Source of the DNA: Alphaproteobacteria bacterium
Lineage (GTDB): Bacteria; Pseudomonadota; Alphaproteobacteria; Sphingomonadales; JAKSBY01
Reading direction: 5' to 3'
NCBI GenBank assembly: GCA_021774625.1
Contig: JAJFIV010000008.1
Span: 111,392-175,391 of the forward strand
Length of the DNA stretch: 64,000 nucleotides
Shown: piece by piece, positions 1 to 9,569 of the stretch
How positions within the stretch are numbered: the stretch's first letter is position 1
Layout: each line of letters starts with the position of its first letter
Made by a program: the position numbers and the translations under genes
The notes under the pieces: model-generated
The model's input: the letters and a program-made list of their open reading frames with translations, nothing else
Databases searched by the model: none
What the model was told of the DNA's origin: nothing

Positions 1-1
1 T

Positions 2-2191
2 TGCTGTACCGAGATTATCCAGGGCGGATTGCGAGGATTGCGCCACATCCATCAGCCGGCCACCCAAACGGGCGGCGCCATGTTCAATTTTACCGACGGC
101 CTGATCCGTATCATCGACCAGCCTGGTGCGTTCGTCGGTCAATGTGGCTGCCGCTTCCGCAATGGCGTTCCGGGTTTTTTCAAGCGTATCCCGCAGGCCT
201 TCATTGTGAACCGTCAGCGTGCCTTCAGCTTCCCTGATTCTATCGGCCGCAGCGCCGGCCTCATCGCCCAGTCTGCCGGTCCGTTCCGCCAGCTTATCGG
301 CACTTGCGCTCAGGGCCTCTTCCGTTGTCCGGGCGGCGCTGCCCATTTCTTCCGACTGTTCGCGAAACCGGCCCACGGCATCGATAATGACGGTGGCGGA
401 TTGCTCCGATGCCTCCACCAGAGAAGCCCGCTGGCTGGCGATTTCCTGTTCAATCTCGGCCAGCTTGCGTTTGGTTTCTTCCAGCGCCTGACCGAGATTG
501 GCGCTGCGGTCATCCATGACGCCACCGGCATCCCGCATATTTTCCGCGGCTTCCCTGGCCGAGGCGGCGATCATATCCGCCTGATCCGCAAGGCTGCGGG
601 CAAGCCGCTCAAGCTGTTCCGTGTGCGATGTTGCGCTTTCGCCAATGGCGCTTGATTGTAAATCGAGTTCACCGCGCAGGGTTTCAAGCTGCGACAGGGC
701 CTTTGCGCCGATGCCGCCGCTGCTGTCTTCCAGCGAAGAAATATAGTCCTTAAGCGCATCATTCGCCGTGCCGAGTTTTTCGTAAATGCGGGCGGCGGCA
801 GCCTCCGCTGTCTGTTCGGCGTCGCCAAGTTTCTCCGTGAGCCTATCACCGGTTTCCTCAAAACCGAGCGTGGCCCGCGACAGGGCTTCGCTCATGCACT
901 GCTGCATGTCGGCGGCGCGCTGTTCCACTTGCTGCAGGGCATATTCGGCCTGGCTGAGGATATTTGACGCGGCTTTTTCCCCGGCGCTGCCGGTTTCATC
1001 CGCATTGGCCTTGAAGGCTTCAACGGCTCCGTCAAGGGCGGAACGCGCCTGATCAGCCGCATCGCGAACCGCGCGGGTCATGTCCGTGGCCTGCTGTTCG
1101 AAAACCGAGCCCGCCCCGCTGGCTTCCGATATTGCGTCGGCTGCGGCCTGTTTCAGGTGCGTGGCCTGACGGGTGATCGCCTGTTCAATCGCCGCCGCCT
1201 CTTCAGTGGTTGTGGCGGCGAGCGAGGTTAAAAGCGCGGTCTGGCGTTCCAGCGCTTCGGTGATCGCGCCCGCCTTGCCTTCCAGTGACCCGATGCGTTC
1301 TTTCAGGCGTTCGCTTTCTTCGCCCATTTGACCGGCCATGGCGGCAAGGCGGCTTTCCGACTCCGCAATCTGTGCCGAAAGCGCTGTCCTGTGACGGTCC
1401 AACTCGCTGCCGGCCTGTGTAATGGTATCGACGGATTCCTTCGCGGTCACCTTCAGGCCTTCGGTGTTCAGGCGCAGAAGATCATTGGCGCTCGCCGCCC
1501 CGGTCTGGGCATCGGTAGTGGCGCTGCGGATTTCCGAGGTCAGCGCGGCAATAGCGGCTTCAATGGAATCGATGCGGGTGGACAATTCTTCGCTGAAGGA
1601 CGCCATGGCGTCGCGTTCGCGTTTCAGCACATCCTTGACATTGACGGCCTTGGCCTCGGCATCTGTGGTGGCGGAAAACAGATCGTTGATCTGCTCTTTA
1701 AAGCGGTTCTCAAGGATATCGAGACGCGAGGCGGCAAGATCGGTTGCGACCTCGATATGCCCGGCCTGGCGTTTGATATTGTCGGAAATTTCACCAAGTC
1801 TGGCCTGCGCGCCGTCGATGGGCGCAAGGGTGCGGTCAATGCCCTGGGCAATGGCCAGCCGGCGTTCCAGAAGCGGGTCGGTGCGCTGAAAAACCAGCGC
1901 CACCAGCCAGAAAATCGCGACCGGCGTTGCCGCACCAGCCACCAGCGCCGCGATATCGATCAGGGTCAGGCCGGCATCCGGCGCGAACAGACCGCTGGCG
2001 AAGGCGACAAAGCCAGCGGCGGCCAACCACGCCAGGCTCGCCGCGCTCGCATAATAAACCGGCCACAGGCGGCGGACGGATTTGATGCGGCCCGCAGGCT
2101 GGGTCTCTGCGGTTTCATTGCCCCCGCTTTCCGTTGGCGCGGCATCGCTTTCCGCCGTTACCTGGTCGAAGGATAAATTCTCTTTGGTCAT
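2..2191 (-). CDS. Membrane-anchored coiled-coil protein of at least 730 aa. N-terminus present; the C-terminal end runs off the left edge. Absent from the supplied ORF track.
   Basis: Manual minus-strand translation from the ATG at 2191-2189 (MTKENLSFDQVTAESD...) is stop-free down to position 2. Two hydrophobic helices (LWPVYYASAASLAWLAAAGFVAFASGLF; LIDIAALVAGAATPVAIFWLVALVF) are followed by about 600 aa of Ala/Glu/Gln/Leu/Arg-rich coiled-coil-like sequence. The + strand ORFs here (29..655, 1328..2176) look like Gly/Arg-rich antisense shadows. Confidence 0.8.
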   Translation of the reverse strand, partial: MTKENLSFDQVTAESDAAPTESGGNETAETQPAGRIKSVRRLWPVYYASAASLAWLAAAGFVAFASGLFAPDAGLTLIDIAALVAGAATPVAIFWLVALVFQRTDPLLERRLAIAQGIDRTLAPIDGAQARLGEISDNIKRQAGHIEVATDLAASRLDILENRFKEQINDLFSATTDAEAKAVNVKDVLKRERDAMASFSEELSTRIDSIEAAIAALTSEIRSATTDAQTGAASANDLLRLNTEGLKVTAKESVDTITQAGSELDRHRTALSAQIAESESRLAAMAGQMGEESERLKERIGSLEGKAGAITEALERQTALLTSLAATTTEEAAAIEQAITRQATHLKQAAADAISEASGAGSVFEQQATDMTRAVRDAADQARSALDGAVEAFKANADETGSAGEKAASNILSQAEYALQQVEQRAADMQQCMSEALSRATLGFEETGDRLTEKLGDAEQTAEAAAARIYEKLGTANDALKDYISSLEDSSGGIGAKALSQLETLRGELDLQSSAIGESATSHTEQLERLARSLADQADMIAASAREAAENMRDAGGVMDDRSANLGQALEETKRKLAEIEQEIASQRASLVEASEQSATVIIDAVGRFREQSEEMGSAARTTEEALSASADKLAERTGRLGDEAGAAADRIREAEGTLTVHNEGLRDTLEKTRNAIAEAAATLTDERTRLVDDTDQAVGKIEHGAARLGGRLMDVAQSSQSALDNLGTA

Positions 2192-2327
2192 GGGCTTGCC
2201 CGCAATTTTATTTGGCATGTTTGCAAGAACTTACCTTGCCTCACTTAACGAATAAGTTCAAACTTTATGCAAAATAGAATGAAATATGGTTAATATCATC
2301 TAAAAATGGGGCCGGGTCCGGGGGGTA

Positions 2328-2582
2328 ATGATGGAAGAACAGACAAAAACGCGCCCGACGCCGGCGCAGACACGCTATCTGTCACTTGGTCTGGAACAGG
2401 CGGGTGGCAAGCTCCCCTTGTTTGACCGCGACGGACAGCGCGTCAGGCCGGCCACCATTCGCGCATGTCTGGATGCCGGCTGGTGTGAAAAATGGTATGA
2501 AAACCCGATTCGCAGGGATTGGCTGGTCTGCAAATTAACGGAGCGCGGAAAAAGCGCGGTGAAGGGCGGGCTGATTGTATGA
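2328..2582 (+). CDS. Small conserved-looking hypothetical protein (84 aa), first gene of the Hpt operon
   Basis: ORF MMEEQTKTRPTPAQTRYLSLGLEQAGGKLPLFD... Its TGA (2580-2582) overlaps the ATG (2579-2581) of the next gene (ATGA coupling). No family recognised. Confidence 0.55.
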   Translation: MMEEQTKTRPTPAQTRYLSLGLEQAGGKLPLFDRDGQRVRPATIRACLDAGWCEKWYENPIRRDWLVCKLTERGKSAVKGGLIV

Positions 2583-2911
2583 CCGCCGCTTCGCCCATTG
2601 ACCGGACACATCTCGCATCCTTTACCGGCGGCGATCCTGAATTGGATATGGACCTTATCCGGTCTTTTGCAGAAAAAACAGAAGGCTATCTGCTCGCACT
2701 GTCACAGTCCAAGGGCGAGAACTGGAAAGACATGGCCCATAAAATCAAGGGGGCCGCCAGGGCCATCGGCGCTTTTGAAATGGGCGACCTGGCTGAAAAA
2801 GCTGAGCATTTGCCAGCCAGTGATGCTAAAGACCCTATCCTGAATTCATTACGCAAAGCGCTGAATGATATCCGTATCTATGCGGAAAATTCCACGAAGG
2901 AGCAGAATTGA
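2579..2911 (+). CDS. Hpt (histidine phosphotransfer) domain protein
   Basis: HKIKGAARAIGA matches the Hpt HxxKGxxxxxG phospho-histidine motif. I moved the start to the internal ATG at 2579 (MTAASPIDRTHL...) because of its ATGA overlap with the upstream stop. Confidence 0.8.
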   Translation: MTAASPIDRTHLASFTGGDPELDMDLIRSFAEKTEGYLLALSQSKGENWKDMAHKIKGAARAIGAFEMGDLAEKAEHLPASDAKDPILNSLRKALNDIRIYAENSTKEQN

Positions 2912-3447
2912 TGAAACACACGGCCCGCATCCTGAAAACCCTTATTTGCCTGGTAAGTTTGTTTTCTCCGGCGACGGCTTTTGCCGAGCCCGAGACGGTC
3001 TATCTGGTTCGTCATGCGGAAAAAATGACCGGCCCCGGCGATGTGCTGCTATCCGAGGCCGGTGAGACCCGCGCCGCCTGGCTGGCCGGTTATTTCCGGG
3101 ACAAGGGCCTGACACAGGCTTTTTCCACTCCATACAACCGGACAATGAAGACCGCGGAAATTATTGTCCGGGATATGACGATGGCGGTAAAAAGCTATGA
3201 CCCTGGCAATCTGCCGGATTTCGCCGCGTCGCTGAAGAACCTTTCCGGAATCATTCTGGTGGTCGGTCATAGCAACACGACACCCGCTCTGGCCGGGCTG
3301 CTGGGTGGTGAGCCCGGGACGCCGATTGTGGAAGACGGAGAATATGACCGAATCTATAAGATAGATTTCGCGCCGGATGGCCGTGTGACGACGGAACTGT
3401 ATTATAGCGAACCCCGCTTCTCCGGTGAGGGCAACACAGCAAAATAA
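2908..3447 (+). CDS. Histidine phosphatase superfamily protein (SixA / phosphoglycerate-mutase-like) with a Sec signal peptide
   Basis: LVRHAEK (RHG-type catalytic motif) and VVGHSNT (second catalytic His). N-terminus MMKHTARILKTLICLVSLFSPATAFA|EPE looks like a signal peptide. ATGA overlap with the Hpt stop at 2908-2911. Confidence 0.8.
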   Translation: MMKHTARILKTLICLVSLFSPATAFAEPETVYLVRHAEKMTGPGDVLLSEAGETRAAWLAGYFRDKGLTQAFSTPYNRTMKTAEIIVRDMTMAVKSYDPGNLPDFAASLKNLSGIILVVGHSNTTPALAGLLGGEPGTPIVEDGEYDRIYKIDFAPDGRVTTELYYSEPRFSGEGNTAK

Positions 3448-3546
3448 GAAAATTCCACTCCGCCATATTGACGTTTCACTGCCCAATGAGGCAGGTTAGC
3501 GGCGCTGGGGGCGAATATTTTACAGACGGGGGCAGGATTTGAATTT

Positions 3547-4098
3547 ATGGCCGATTATGATTTTGAGCGATTGAATGTTCTTCTGGTTGAAGACAGTCCC
3601 TTTATCCGCTCTCTTCTGACCAACTGCCTGAAAATCCTTGGGGTTGGCGGTGTTTCCACAATGGATCATGGCGGCGATGCCATCGACTTCCTCAAGCTTG
3701 TCCATAGCGATCCCATGAAGGCCGGTGTGATGTCCATTGATATGGTCATTTCCAACTGGGATATGTCGCCGGTGGACGGGATGATATTGCTGCGTTGGAT
3801 ACGCAGGCATAAAGACAGTCCGGACCGCTTTTTGCCGTTCATTATGATTTCGGCCTATTCGGAAAAGGAAAGGGTACAGGAAGCCCGCGAAATGGGGGTT
3901 TCGGAATTTTTGACCAAGCCATTCACCATCGAATCAATCAGCCAGAAACTGATCACGACCATCGAACGGCCCCGGCAGTTTGTGCATACCGGCAGTTATT
4001 TCGGGCCGGACAGGCGCCGCGTCAAAGTGGAGTTTCCCGGTCAGGACCGCAGAATACTCACCGACAAAAGCCCTGAAGTGGAGGTGGTCCATGGCTGA
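3547..4098 (+). CDS. Single-domain CheY-like response regulator with a roughly 50-aa Arg-rich C-terminal extension
   Basis: Receiver motifs LLVEDS, VISNWDMSPVDG (phospho-acceptor Asp), FLTKPF. C-terminal tail ...YFGPDRRRVKVEFPGQDRRILTD. Confidence 0.9.
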   Translation: MADYDFERLNVLLVEDSPFIRSLLTNCLKILGVGGVSTMDHGGDAIDFLKLVHSDPMKAGVMSIDMVISNWDMSPVDGMILLRWIRRHKDSPDRFLPFIMISAYSEKERVQEAREMGVSEFLTKPFTIESISQKLITTIERPRQFVHTGSYFGPDRRRVKVEFPGQDRRILTDKSPEVEVVHG

Positions 4099-4594
4099 TA
4101 AAAAGAATATCAAGGTCCGGCTTTACCGCTTTAAAAACCGCCTTCGGGAAAAGACCGCCGGCTTGTCGGGCGGCGAAGCTAAAATTCCCGCCGATGTCCT
4201 GGCGCAGGCGCAGGCGGCGCTTGCCGATATGGCGGAAGATTACCCGGACTGGGTTTCCGGCCTGATCGATCAGTTGGCGGAACAGCACCGCCGTTGCGTT
4301 GATTCGCCGGATACACGGCGGGTGCATTTCGAGGAAATCAACCATATCGCCCATGATATGAAAGGTCAGGGCGGAACTTTTGGTTATCCGCTGATCACGG
4401 CTTTTGCCGATTCCCTATATGGATTCAGTTATTCCAAGGGTGTTTTGACCGACAATCATGTGGAACTGATCAAGGCGCATATTGATTCGATGCGGGCGGT
4501 CATTACAAACCGGGTCAAGGGAGATGGCGGGGAAATAGGCACAGAATTGACCAAAGGACTGAATCAGGCGATTGAAAAACATAAGATTTCCTGA
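4091..4594 (+). CDS. Second Hpt domain protein
   Basis: HDMKGQGGTFGY matches the Hpt motif. Start taken at ATG 4091 (MADKKNIKVRLYRF...), overlapping the response-regulator stop by 8 nt. The track ORF 3980..4594 has an N-terminal extension inside the regulator gene. Confidence 0.75.
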   Translation: MADKKNIKVRLYRFKNRLREKTAGLSGGEAKIPADVLAQAQAALADMAEDYPDWVSGLIDQLAEQHRRCVDSPDTRRVHFEEINHIAHDMKGQGGTFGYPLITAFADSLYGFSYSKGVLTDNHVELIKAHIDSMRAVITNRVKGDGGEIGTELTKGLNQAIEKHKIS

Positions 4595-4753
4595 GCCTCC
4601 GGGCTTTACGGGTTCTGCTCCCAAAAAAGTGATATGGTTTTTTGCCGAACTGTCCTATTTAATGGCGTTGACAGGCTTGTCTGCGGCCACAAAATTGGCC
4701 CATTTCATTTCTAAATAAATGTAACGCATGCTTGGCGTGAAAAAGGACATCAT

Positions 4754-5413
4754 ATGCCGATCACATTCCGGAAAGCTTTCAGCAGCTTTTTATTCTTGCC
4801 GGGGCTTATATTTCTGGCGGCGGCCATAGCCGTTGCGCCGGCAAAAGCGGAAGCAACAAGTGCCGATCTGGCGGCGGCCCGTGAATTTATCTCAAAACTG
4901 GCCGACGACACATTCGAAGTTTTGAATGACACCCGCCTGACCCAGGATGAGCGGGATGCGGCATTTCGCGCGCTTTTGCATGAAGGCTTTGATCTTGAGT
5001 ATGTGTCAAGACTGGTTCTCGGGCGCTTCTTGCAGCAGGCAAGCCGTGAACAAATGGCGGATTATCAGGCCGTCTTTCCAGAATTTGTGATCAATGTCTA
5101 TGCCCGCCGCCTGACCGAATTCGGCGATGAGGTTTTTCGGGTTACCGGCGCCGTCCCGGCCGGAAAACGCGGCGATATGTATGTCCAGAGCCAGTTGATC
5201 CGTTCAAACGGGGCGCCGCCGGTTGCGGCGGATTGGCGCGTCAGGCGGCAGGATGACGGCTTTAAAATCATCGACCTGAAAGTTGAGGGCATCAGCATGG
5301 TCGTCACTCAGCGGGACGAGTTCATGGCCCGTATTGATCGGGAAGGCATGGACCAGTTAATCCGCGATTTGCAGCGGGGAACAATTGCCACCGCCTCCGC
5401 CGATACCGATTAA
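4754..5413 (+). CDS. MlaC/Ttg2D-family phospholipid-binding periplasmic protein
   Basis: Signal peptide (LFLPGLIFLAAAIAVAPAKA). The length and sequence pattern (FDLEYVSRLVLGRF..., YQAVFPEFVINVYARRL, DWRVRRQDDGFKIIDLKVEGISMV) are typical of the toluene-tolerance Ttg2D/MlaC family. Confidence 0.75.
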   Translation: MPITFRKAFSSFLFLPGLIFLAAAIAVAPAKAEATSADLAAAREFISKLADDTFEVLNDTRLTQDERDAAFRALLHEGFDLEYVSRLVLGRFLQQASREQMADYQAVFPEFVINVYARRLTEFGDEVFRVTGAVPAGKRGDMYVQSQLIRSNGAPPVAADWRVRRQDDGFKIIDLKVEGISMVVTQRDEFMARIDREGMDQLIRDLQRGTIATASADTD

Positions 5414-5461
5414 TCCATTATCGACCCGAACGCTGCCTGTTCCAACTGAGACGAGTATTTC

Positions 5462-6448
5462 TTGGCCCACCGCACCTTGATGATATCGACGGAATCCTGG
5501 CCGATCCGCGGGGGATTTGCAATTGCCCGCGGGAAAAAAACCGTATCTGAAACCGTGACGGTCACCCTGCTGGAAGGCGGCGCCCGGGGACGCGGCGAAT
5601 GCCTGCCCTATTCGCGCTACGGCGAAAGCATAGAAAGCGTGATCGGCCAGATTCAGACAATACGCGAAGAAATAGAAGCCGGCATGGGCCGCGCCGATCT
5701 GCAGAAATTCCTGAAGCCGGGGGCGGCCCGCAATGCGGTGGATTGTGCGCTCTGGGATTTGGAAGCGAAGCAGACCGGCAAACCGGTCTGGCGATTGGCG
5801 GGCCTGCCCTCGCCGCGCCCCTGCCCGACTTCCCTCACCATCGGTCTGGATACGCCAAAGGCAATGGCCCGCGCGGCAAAAGCAGCCGCTGACCTGCCGC
5901 TGTTAAAGATTAAACTGGGCGGGCTTGCCGACGAAGACTGTATTACGGAAGTCCGTAAAGCTGCGCCAAAAGCGCGGCTGGTCATCGATGCCAATGAGGG
6001 CTGGACACTGGAAAAGCTGCATAAAATTATGCCGCATCTTGTCCGCGAAAAGGTTGAACTTGTCGAGCAGCCCCTGCCCGCCGGTCAGGATAGCGCACTG
6101 AAAGATATCAATCGGCCGATCAAGGTCTGCGCTGACGAATCCGCCCATACGACCGCCGATATTGCCGGCTTGAAAGACCATTATGACGCCGTGAATATCA
6201 AACTTGACAAAACCGGCGGTTTGACCGAGGCCATCCGCATGACGCAGGCAGCGGAGCGGGCCGGCCTCGATATCTTTTTAGGCTGTATGGTGGCGACATC
6301 GCTGTCCATGGCCCCGGCGCAACTTCTTTCACCGCTCGCCACCTATGTGGACCTGGACGGCCCGCTGCTGCTGGAAACCGACCGCAAGCAACCGATCCAG
6401 TATCGCCAGGGCTGGATGGACCCGCCGGCCCCTGCACTTTGGGGTTGA
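5462..6448 (+). CDS. Dipeptide (L-Ala-D/L-Glu-type) epimerase, enolase superfamily
   Basis: Enolase-superfamily catalytic pattern LKIKLG, VIDANEGW, VEQPL, CADES, NIKLDKTGG. TTG start at 5462; an alternative ATG lies at 5480. Confidence 0.85.
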   Translation: MAHRTLMISTESWPIRGGFAIARGKKTVSETVTVTLLEGGARGRGECLPYSRYGESIESVIGQIQTIREEIEAGMGRADLQKFLKPGAARNAVDCALWDLEAKQTGKPVWRLAGLPSPRPCPTSLTIGLDTPKAMARAAKAAADLPLLKIKLGGLADEDCITEVRKAAPKARLVIDANEGWTLEKLHKIMPHLVREKVELVEQPLPAGQDSALKDINRPIKVCADESAHTTADIAGLKDHYDAVNIKLDKTGGLTEAIRMTQAAERAGLDIFLGCMVATSLSMAPAQLLSPLATYVDLDGPLLLETDRKQPIQYRQGWMDPPAPALWG

Positions 6449-6452
6449 TCTA

Positions 6453-6479
6453 AGGCCGGAAATCCGGCCCTTTTTTTTA
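6453..6479 (+). terminator. Rho-independent terminator after the epimerase gene
   Basis: GGCCGG-AAAT-CCGGCC hairpin (6454-6469) followed by T8 (6471-6478). Confidence 0.7.
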
Positions 6480-6660
6480 CGCGCACCGGTAATAGCAATC
6501 CCCTATCTGACGCTCTCAATCAAATACTGGTACCGCGTCCCTGCGATTGGGTCCGGCGCAGGGTTGGGCTGCATCATCCTTGGCATTATCACGGCAATAT
6601 TTAACATCCTGCCATATCCTGACAGGGAACCTGTAAACCCTCCTTGGATTTAGGGGCGGC

Positions 6661-8826
6661 ATGCGCCATATAGAGCCTATGCATATGGATGCTTTCCCTC
6701 ATGACTGGGTGCCGCGCCGCCCTGACCGCCCGGAAAAGTCCGAAGGCGGCCGGCGGCTTGTTCTGAAGTCGGAATATTCCCCTGCTGGAGATCAGCCGTC
6801 CGCCATTGCCGGACTGGTGGAGGGGATCCGGGAACAGGGCGAGCAAAGCCAGGTTCTCTTAGGCGTTACCGGCTCCGGCAAGACTTTCACCATGGCCAAG
6901 GTGATCGAGGCGCTGCAGCGGCCTTCGCTGATCCTGGCGCCCAACAAGACCCTTGCCGCCCAGCTTTACGGCGAGTTCAGGGAGTTCTTCCCGGAAAACG
7001 CGGTGGAATATTTCGTGTCCTATTATGATTATTATCAACCGGAAGCCTATGTGCCCCGCACCGATACCTATATCGAAAAAGATGCGTCCATCAATGAGCA
7101 GATCGACCGCATGCGCCATTCCGCCACCCGCTCGCTCTTGGAACGCGACGATGTGATCATTGTCGCCTCGGTATCCTGTATTTACGGCATTGGCTCGGTT
7201 GAAACCTACACGGAAATGACCCAGTCGCTGAAGGTCGGCGATACCATCGACAATCGCGATCTGATCCGCCGCCTCGTCGCGCTGCAATATAAACGCAATG
7301 ACCAGAATTTCGTGCGCGGCGCCTTCCGGGTGCGGGGCGATGTGATCGAGATTTTTCCGTCGCATTATGAAGACCGCGCCTGGCGGCTTTCCATGTTCGG
7401 CGACGAGATCGAAGCCATATCGGAATTCGACCCGCTGACCGGAGAAAAGGTGGCGGAACTTGAGGCCATCAAGGTTTACGCCAACTCCCATTATGTGACG
7501 CCCCGGCCGACCCTGGATCAAGCGGTTAAAAAGATCAAAGTGGAACTGAAGCAGCGCCTCGCGGAGCTTGTGCGCGCCGGAAAGCTGCTGGAAGCCCAAC
7601 GGCTGGGCGAACGCTGCACCTTCGATATCGAAATGATGGAAGCAACCGGGGCCTGCGCCGGAATCGAGAATTATTCCCGCTATCTGACCGGCCGCAATCC
7701 CGGCGAGCCGCCGCCGACCCTGTTCGAATATCTGCCGGAAAACGCCCTGCTGTTCGTTGATGAAAGCCATGTCACCGTGCCGCAGATCGGCGGCATGTTC
7801 AAAGGCGACTTCAAGCGTAAATCGACCCTCGCGGATTTTGGCTTCCGCCTCCCCTCCTGCGTCGATAACCGGCCGCTCAGATTCGAGGAATGGGAGAAAA
7901 TGCGCCCGCAAAGCGTGTTCGTTTCCGCCACCCCCGGTCCATGGGAAATGAATGAGACCGGCGGCGTCTTTGCCGAACAGGTGATCCGCCCCACGGGATT
8001 GATCGATCCGCCGGTCTTTATCCGTCCGGTCGAAAGCCAGGTCGATGATCTGATGGCGGAATGCCGCGAAGTCGCCGCTAAGGGCATGCGGATACTGGTG
8101 ACGACGCTTACCAAACGCATGGCCGAGGATCTGACCGAATATCTCCATGAGGCGGGCATACGGGTGCGTTATATGCATTCGGATATCGACACGCTGGAAC
8201 GGATCGAGATCATCCGTGATCTGCGTCTTGGCGTCTTTGACGTGCTGATCGGTATTAACCTGCTCAGAGAAGGTCTCGATATCCCGGAATGCGGGCTTGT
8301 CGCCATTCTGGATGCGGACAAGGAAGGTTTTCTGCGCTCGGAAACCTCGCTGGTGCAGACCATCGGCCGGGCCGCGCGCAACGTGGATGGCCGGGTGATC
8401 CTTTACGCCGATAAAGTGACCGGATCGATGGAACGCGCCATCGCGGAAACCGGGCGCAGGCGCAAGAAACAGGAAGCCTATAATCTGGCCCATGGCATCA
8501 CGCCGGAAAGCATCAGGAAAAAGATCGGCGATATCATCCAAAGCGTTGCCGAGGCCGATTATCTGACCGTCAAAACCGGCGAAGACGACATTATCCACCG
8601 CATCGGCGACAACCTGAAAACCCATCTGGCGGACATGGAAAAGAAAATGAAGGAGGCCGCCGGTAATCTGGAATTCGAGGAAGCCGCCCGCCTGCGCGAT
8701 GAAATCCGCCGCCTGGAGGGCGCCGAACTAGGCATCGTCCCCACCGGCCCGCCCCCCGGCCGTTCCAGCGGCGGCCGCAGCGGCACGAGAGCCCGGCGGG
8801 GCAAAACCAAACGGAAGTGGATGTGA
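6661..8826 (+). CDS. uvrB: Excinuclease ABC subunit B
   Basis: GDQPSAI, Walker [11 protein letters not shown], helicase motifs and a C-terminal UVR motif ([16 protein letters not shown]). The start may be slightly downstream. Confidence 0.97.
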   Translation: MRHIEPMHMDAFPHDWVPRRPDRPEKSEGGRRLVLKSEYSPAGDQPSAIAGLVEGIREQGEQSQVLLGVTGSGKTFTMAKVIEALQRPSLILAPNKTLAAQLYGEFREFFPENAVEYFVSYYDYYQPEAYVPRTDTYIEKDASINEQIDRMRHSATRSLLERDDVIIVASVSCIYGIGSVETYTEMTQSLKVGDTIDNRDLIRRLVALQYKRNDQNFVRGAFRVRGDVIEIFPSHYEDRAWRLSMFGDEIEAISEFDPLTGEKVAELEAIKVYANSHYVTPRPTLDQAVKKIKVELKQRLAELVRAGKLLEAQRLGERCTFDIEMMEATGACAGIENYSRYLTGRNPGEPPPTLFEYLPENALLFVDESHVTVPQIGGMFKGDFKRKSTLADFGFRLPSCVDNRPLRFEEWEKMRPQSVFVSATPGPWEMNETGGVFAEQVIRPTGLIDPPVFIRPVESQVDDLMAECREVAAKGMRILVTTLTKRMAEDLTEYLHEAGIRVRYMHSDIDTLERIEIIRDLRLGVFDVLIGINLLREGLDIPECGLVAILDADKEGFLRSETSLVQTIGRAARNVDGRVILYADKVTGSMERAIAETGRRRKKQEAYNLAHGITPESIRKKIGDIIQSVAEADYLTVKTGEDDIIHRIGDNLKTHLADMEKKMKEAAGNLEFEEAARLRDEIRRLEGAELGIVPTGPPPGRSSGGRSGTRARRGKTKRKWM

Positions 8827-9037
8827 TGATCGCCAGCTCCTTGTGACGACTACCTTCAAACCCTGAAGACAGTTGAGGTGGACAACGCCGCGGTATTTAA
8901 ACCCTGCGGTCTGTTCAGCCACATTGCTTTCGAACGGATTTATTGACGAAGTGATAACCAATCCTTCAGTCCTCTCTGCTAGACATCTGTACGCGGTGTG
9001 GTAAATGTCCTGGGAACGCAATCAATTGAGCACCATT

Positions 9038-9274
9038 ATGTCAGAAAAACAACTCCTGCATTTTGTATTCGGCGGCCGGGTCCAGAACCCGCAAGGCTAT
9101 GAATTCGAAGATTTGAGTGAACTGGACTTTGTCGGCATGTATCCCAATTATGCGGCTGCGAAAAAAGCCTGGCGCGGAGCCAGTCAGGCGAAAGTCGATG
9201 ACGCCTGCTATAAATATGTCATTGTCCATATCCACCGCCTGATGGACCCCGATCACGACGACCATCAGCACTGA
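9038..9274 (+). CDS. DUF4170-like small protein
   Basis: MSEKQLLHFVFGGRVQNPQG...FVGMYPNYAAAKKAWRGASQAKVDDACYKYVIVHIHRLMDP matches my recollection of the alphaproteobacterial DUF4170 pattern. Start moved to the internal ATG at 9038. Confidence 0.7.
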   Translation: MSEKQLLHFVFGGRVQNPQGYEFEDLSELDFVGMYPNYAAAKKAWRGASQAKVDDACYKYVIVHIHRLMDPDHDDHQH

Positions 9275-9283
9275 TGGCGTGAT

Positions 9284-9395
9284 CCGCACTTCGATACGGG
9301 CTGCCGCCCTACTCAGCACGAACGGCAAGGCATTTGATACAGACATCACCCTTCACCCTGAGTGCCCGAACAGAGTGAGGGTGTATCGAAGGGTG
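9284..9395. repeat. Copy of a short dispersed REP-like repeat family (locus A)
   Basis: CCGCACTTCGATAC (9284-9297) is the reverse complement of GTATCGAAGTGCGG at 49123-49136. CCCTGAGTGCCCGAA (9356-9370) is the reverse complement of TTCGGGCACTCAGGG at 49047-49061. GTATCGAAGG (9383-9392) recurs at 13769-13778. Confidence 0.55.
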
Positions 9396-9569
9396 GGCCA
9401 CAGAGTTAAACCGGTGCAGACTTGCCGAAATGCGCCTGGACAGCCTGCCGGAAAGCCGTCCCTTCCGGATTATAAGGGCCAAGGCGGTTTCTCAGTGCGC
9501 GGAAGGCCTGGAAGAGAATAGCACCGACTTGTGACAATAATGCGTCATTGCGCAGATTGATCTCCGGAT

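Noticed and set aside
2192-2327. CtrA-type boxes (TTAA-N7-TTAA) in the AT-rich divergent promoter region; likewise the 26032 palindrome
   Set aside because: Only partial matches were found (TTAA-N7-TAAA at about 2291-2305; TTAA-N10-TTAA at 26033-26050). That is not enough to call CtrA sites without a genome-wide matrix scan.
6480-6660. SOS box upstream of uvrB
   Set aside because: No alphaproteobacterial GTTC-N7-GTTC (or GAAC-N7-GAAC) direct repeat was found in the upstream 180 bp.
6859-8625. Very long antisense ORFs opposite recognised genes. Examples: 588 aa opposite uvrB; also 55386..56576, 56824..58410, 27941..28993, 39996..41174, 20587..21720, 33708..34832, 23341..24411, 38141..39118, 12305..13168.
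   Set aside because: Each lies fully within a gene whose product has clear family motifs on the other strand. Their translations are Gly/Arg/His/Ile-rich low-information sequence typical of stop-poor antisense frames in high-GC DNA, and no RBS or family motif was seen.
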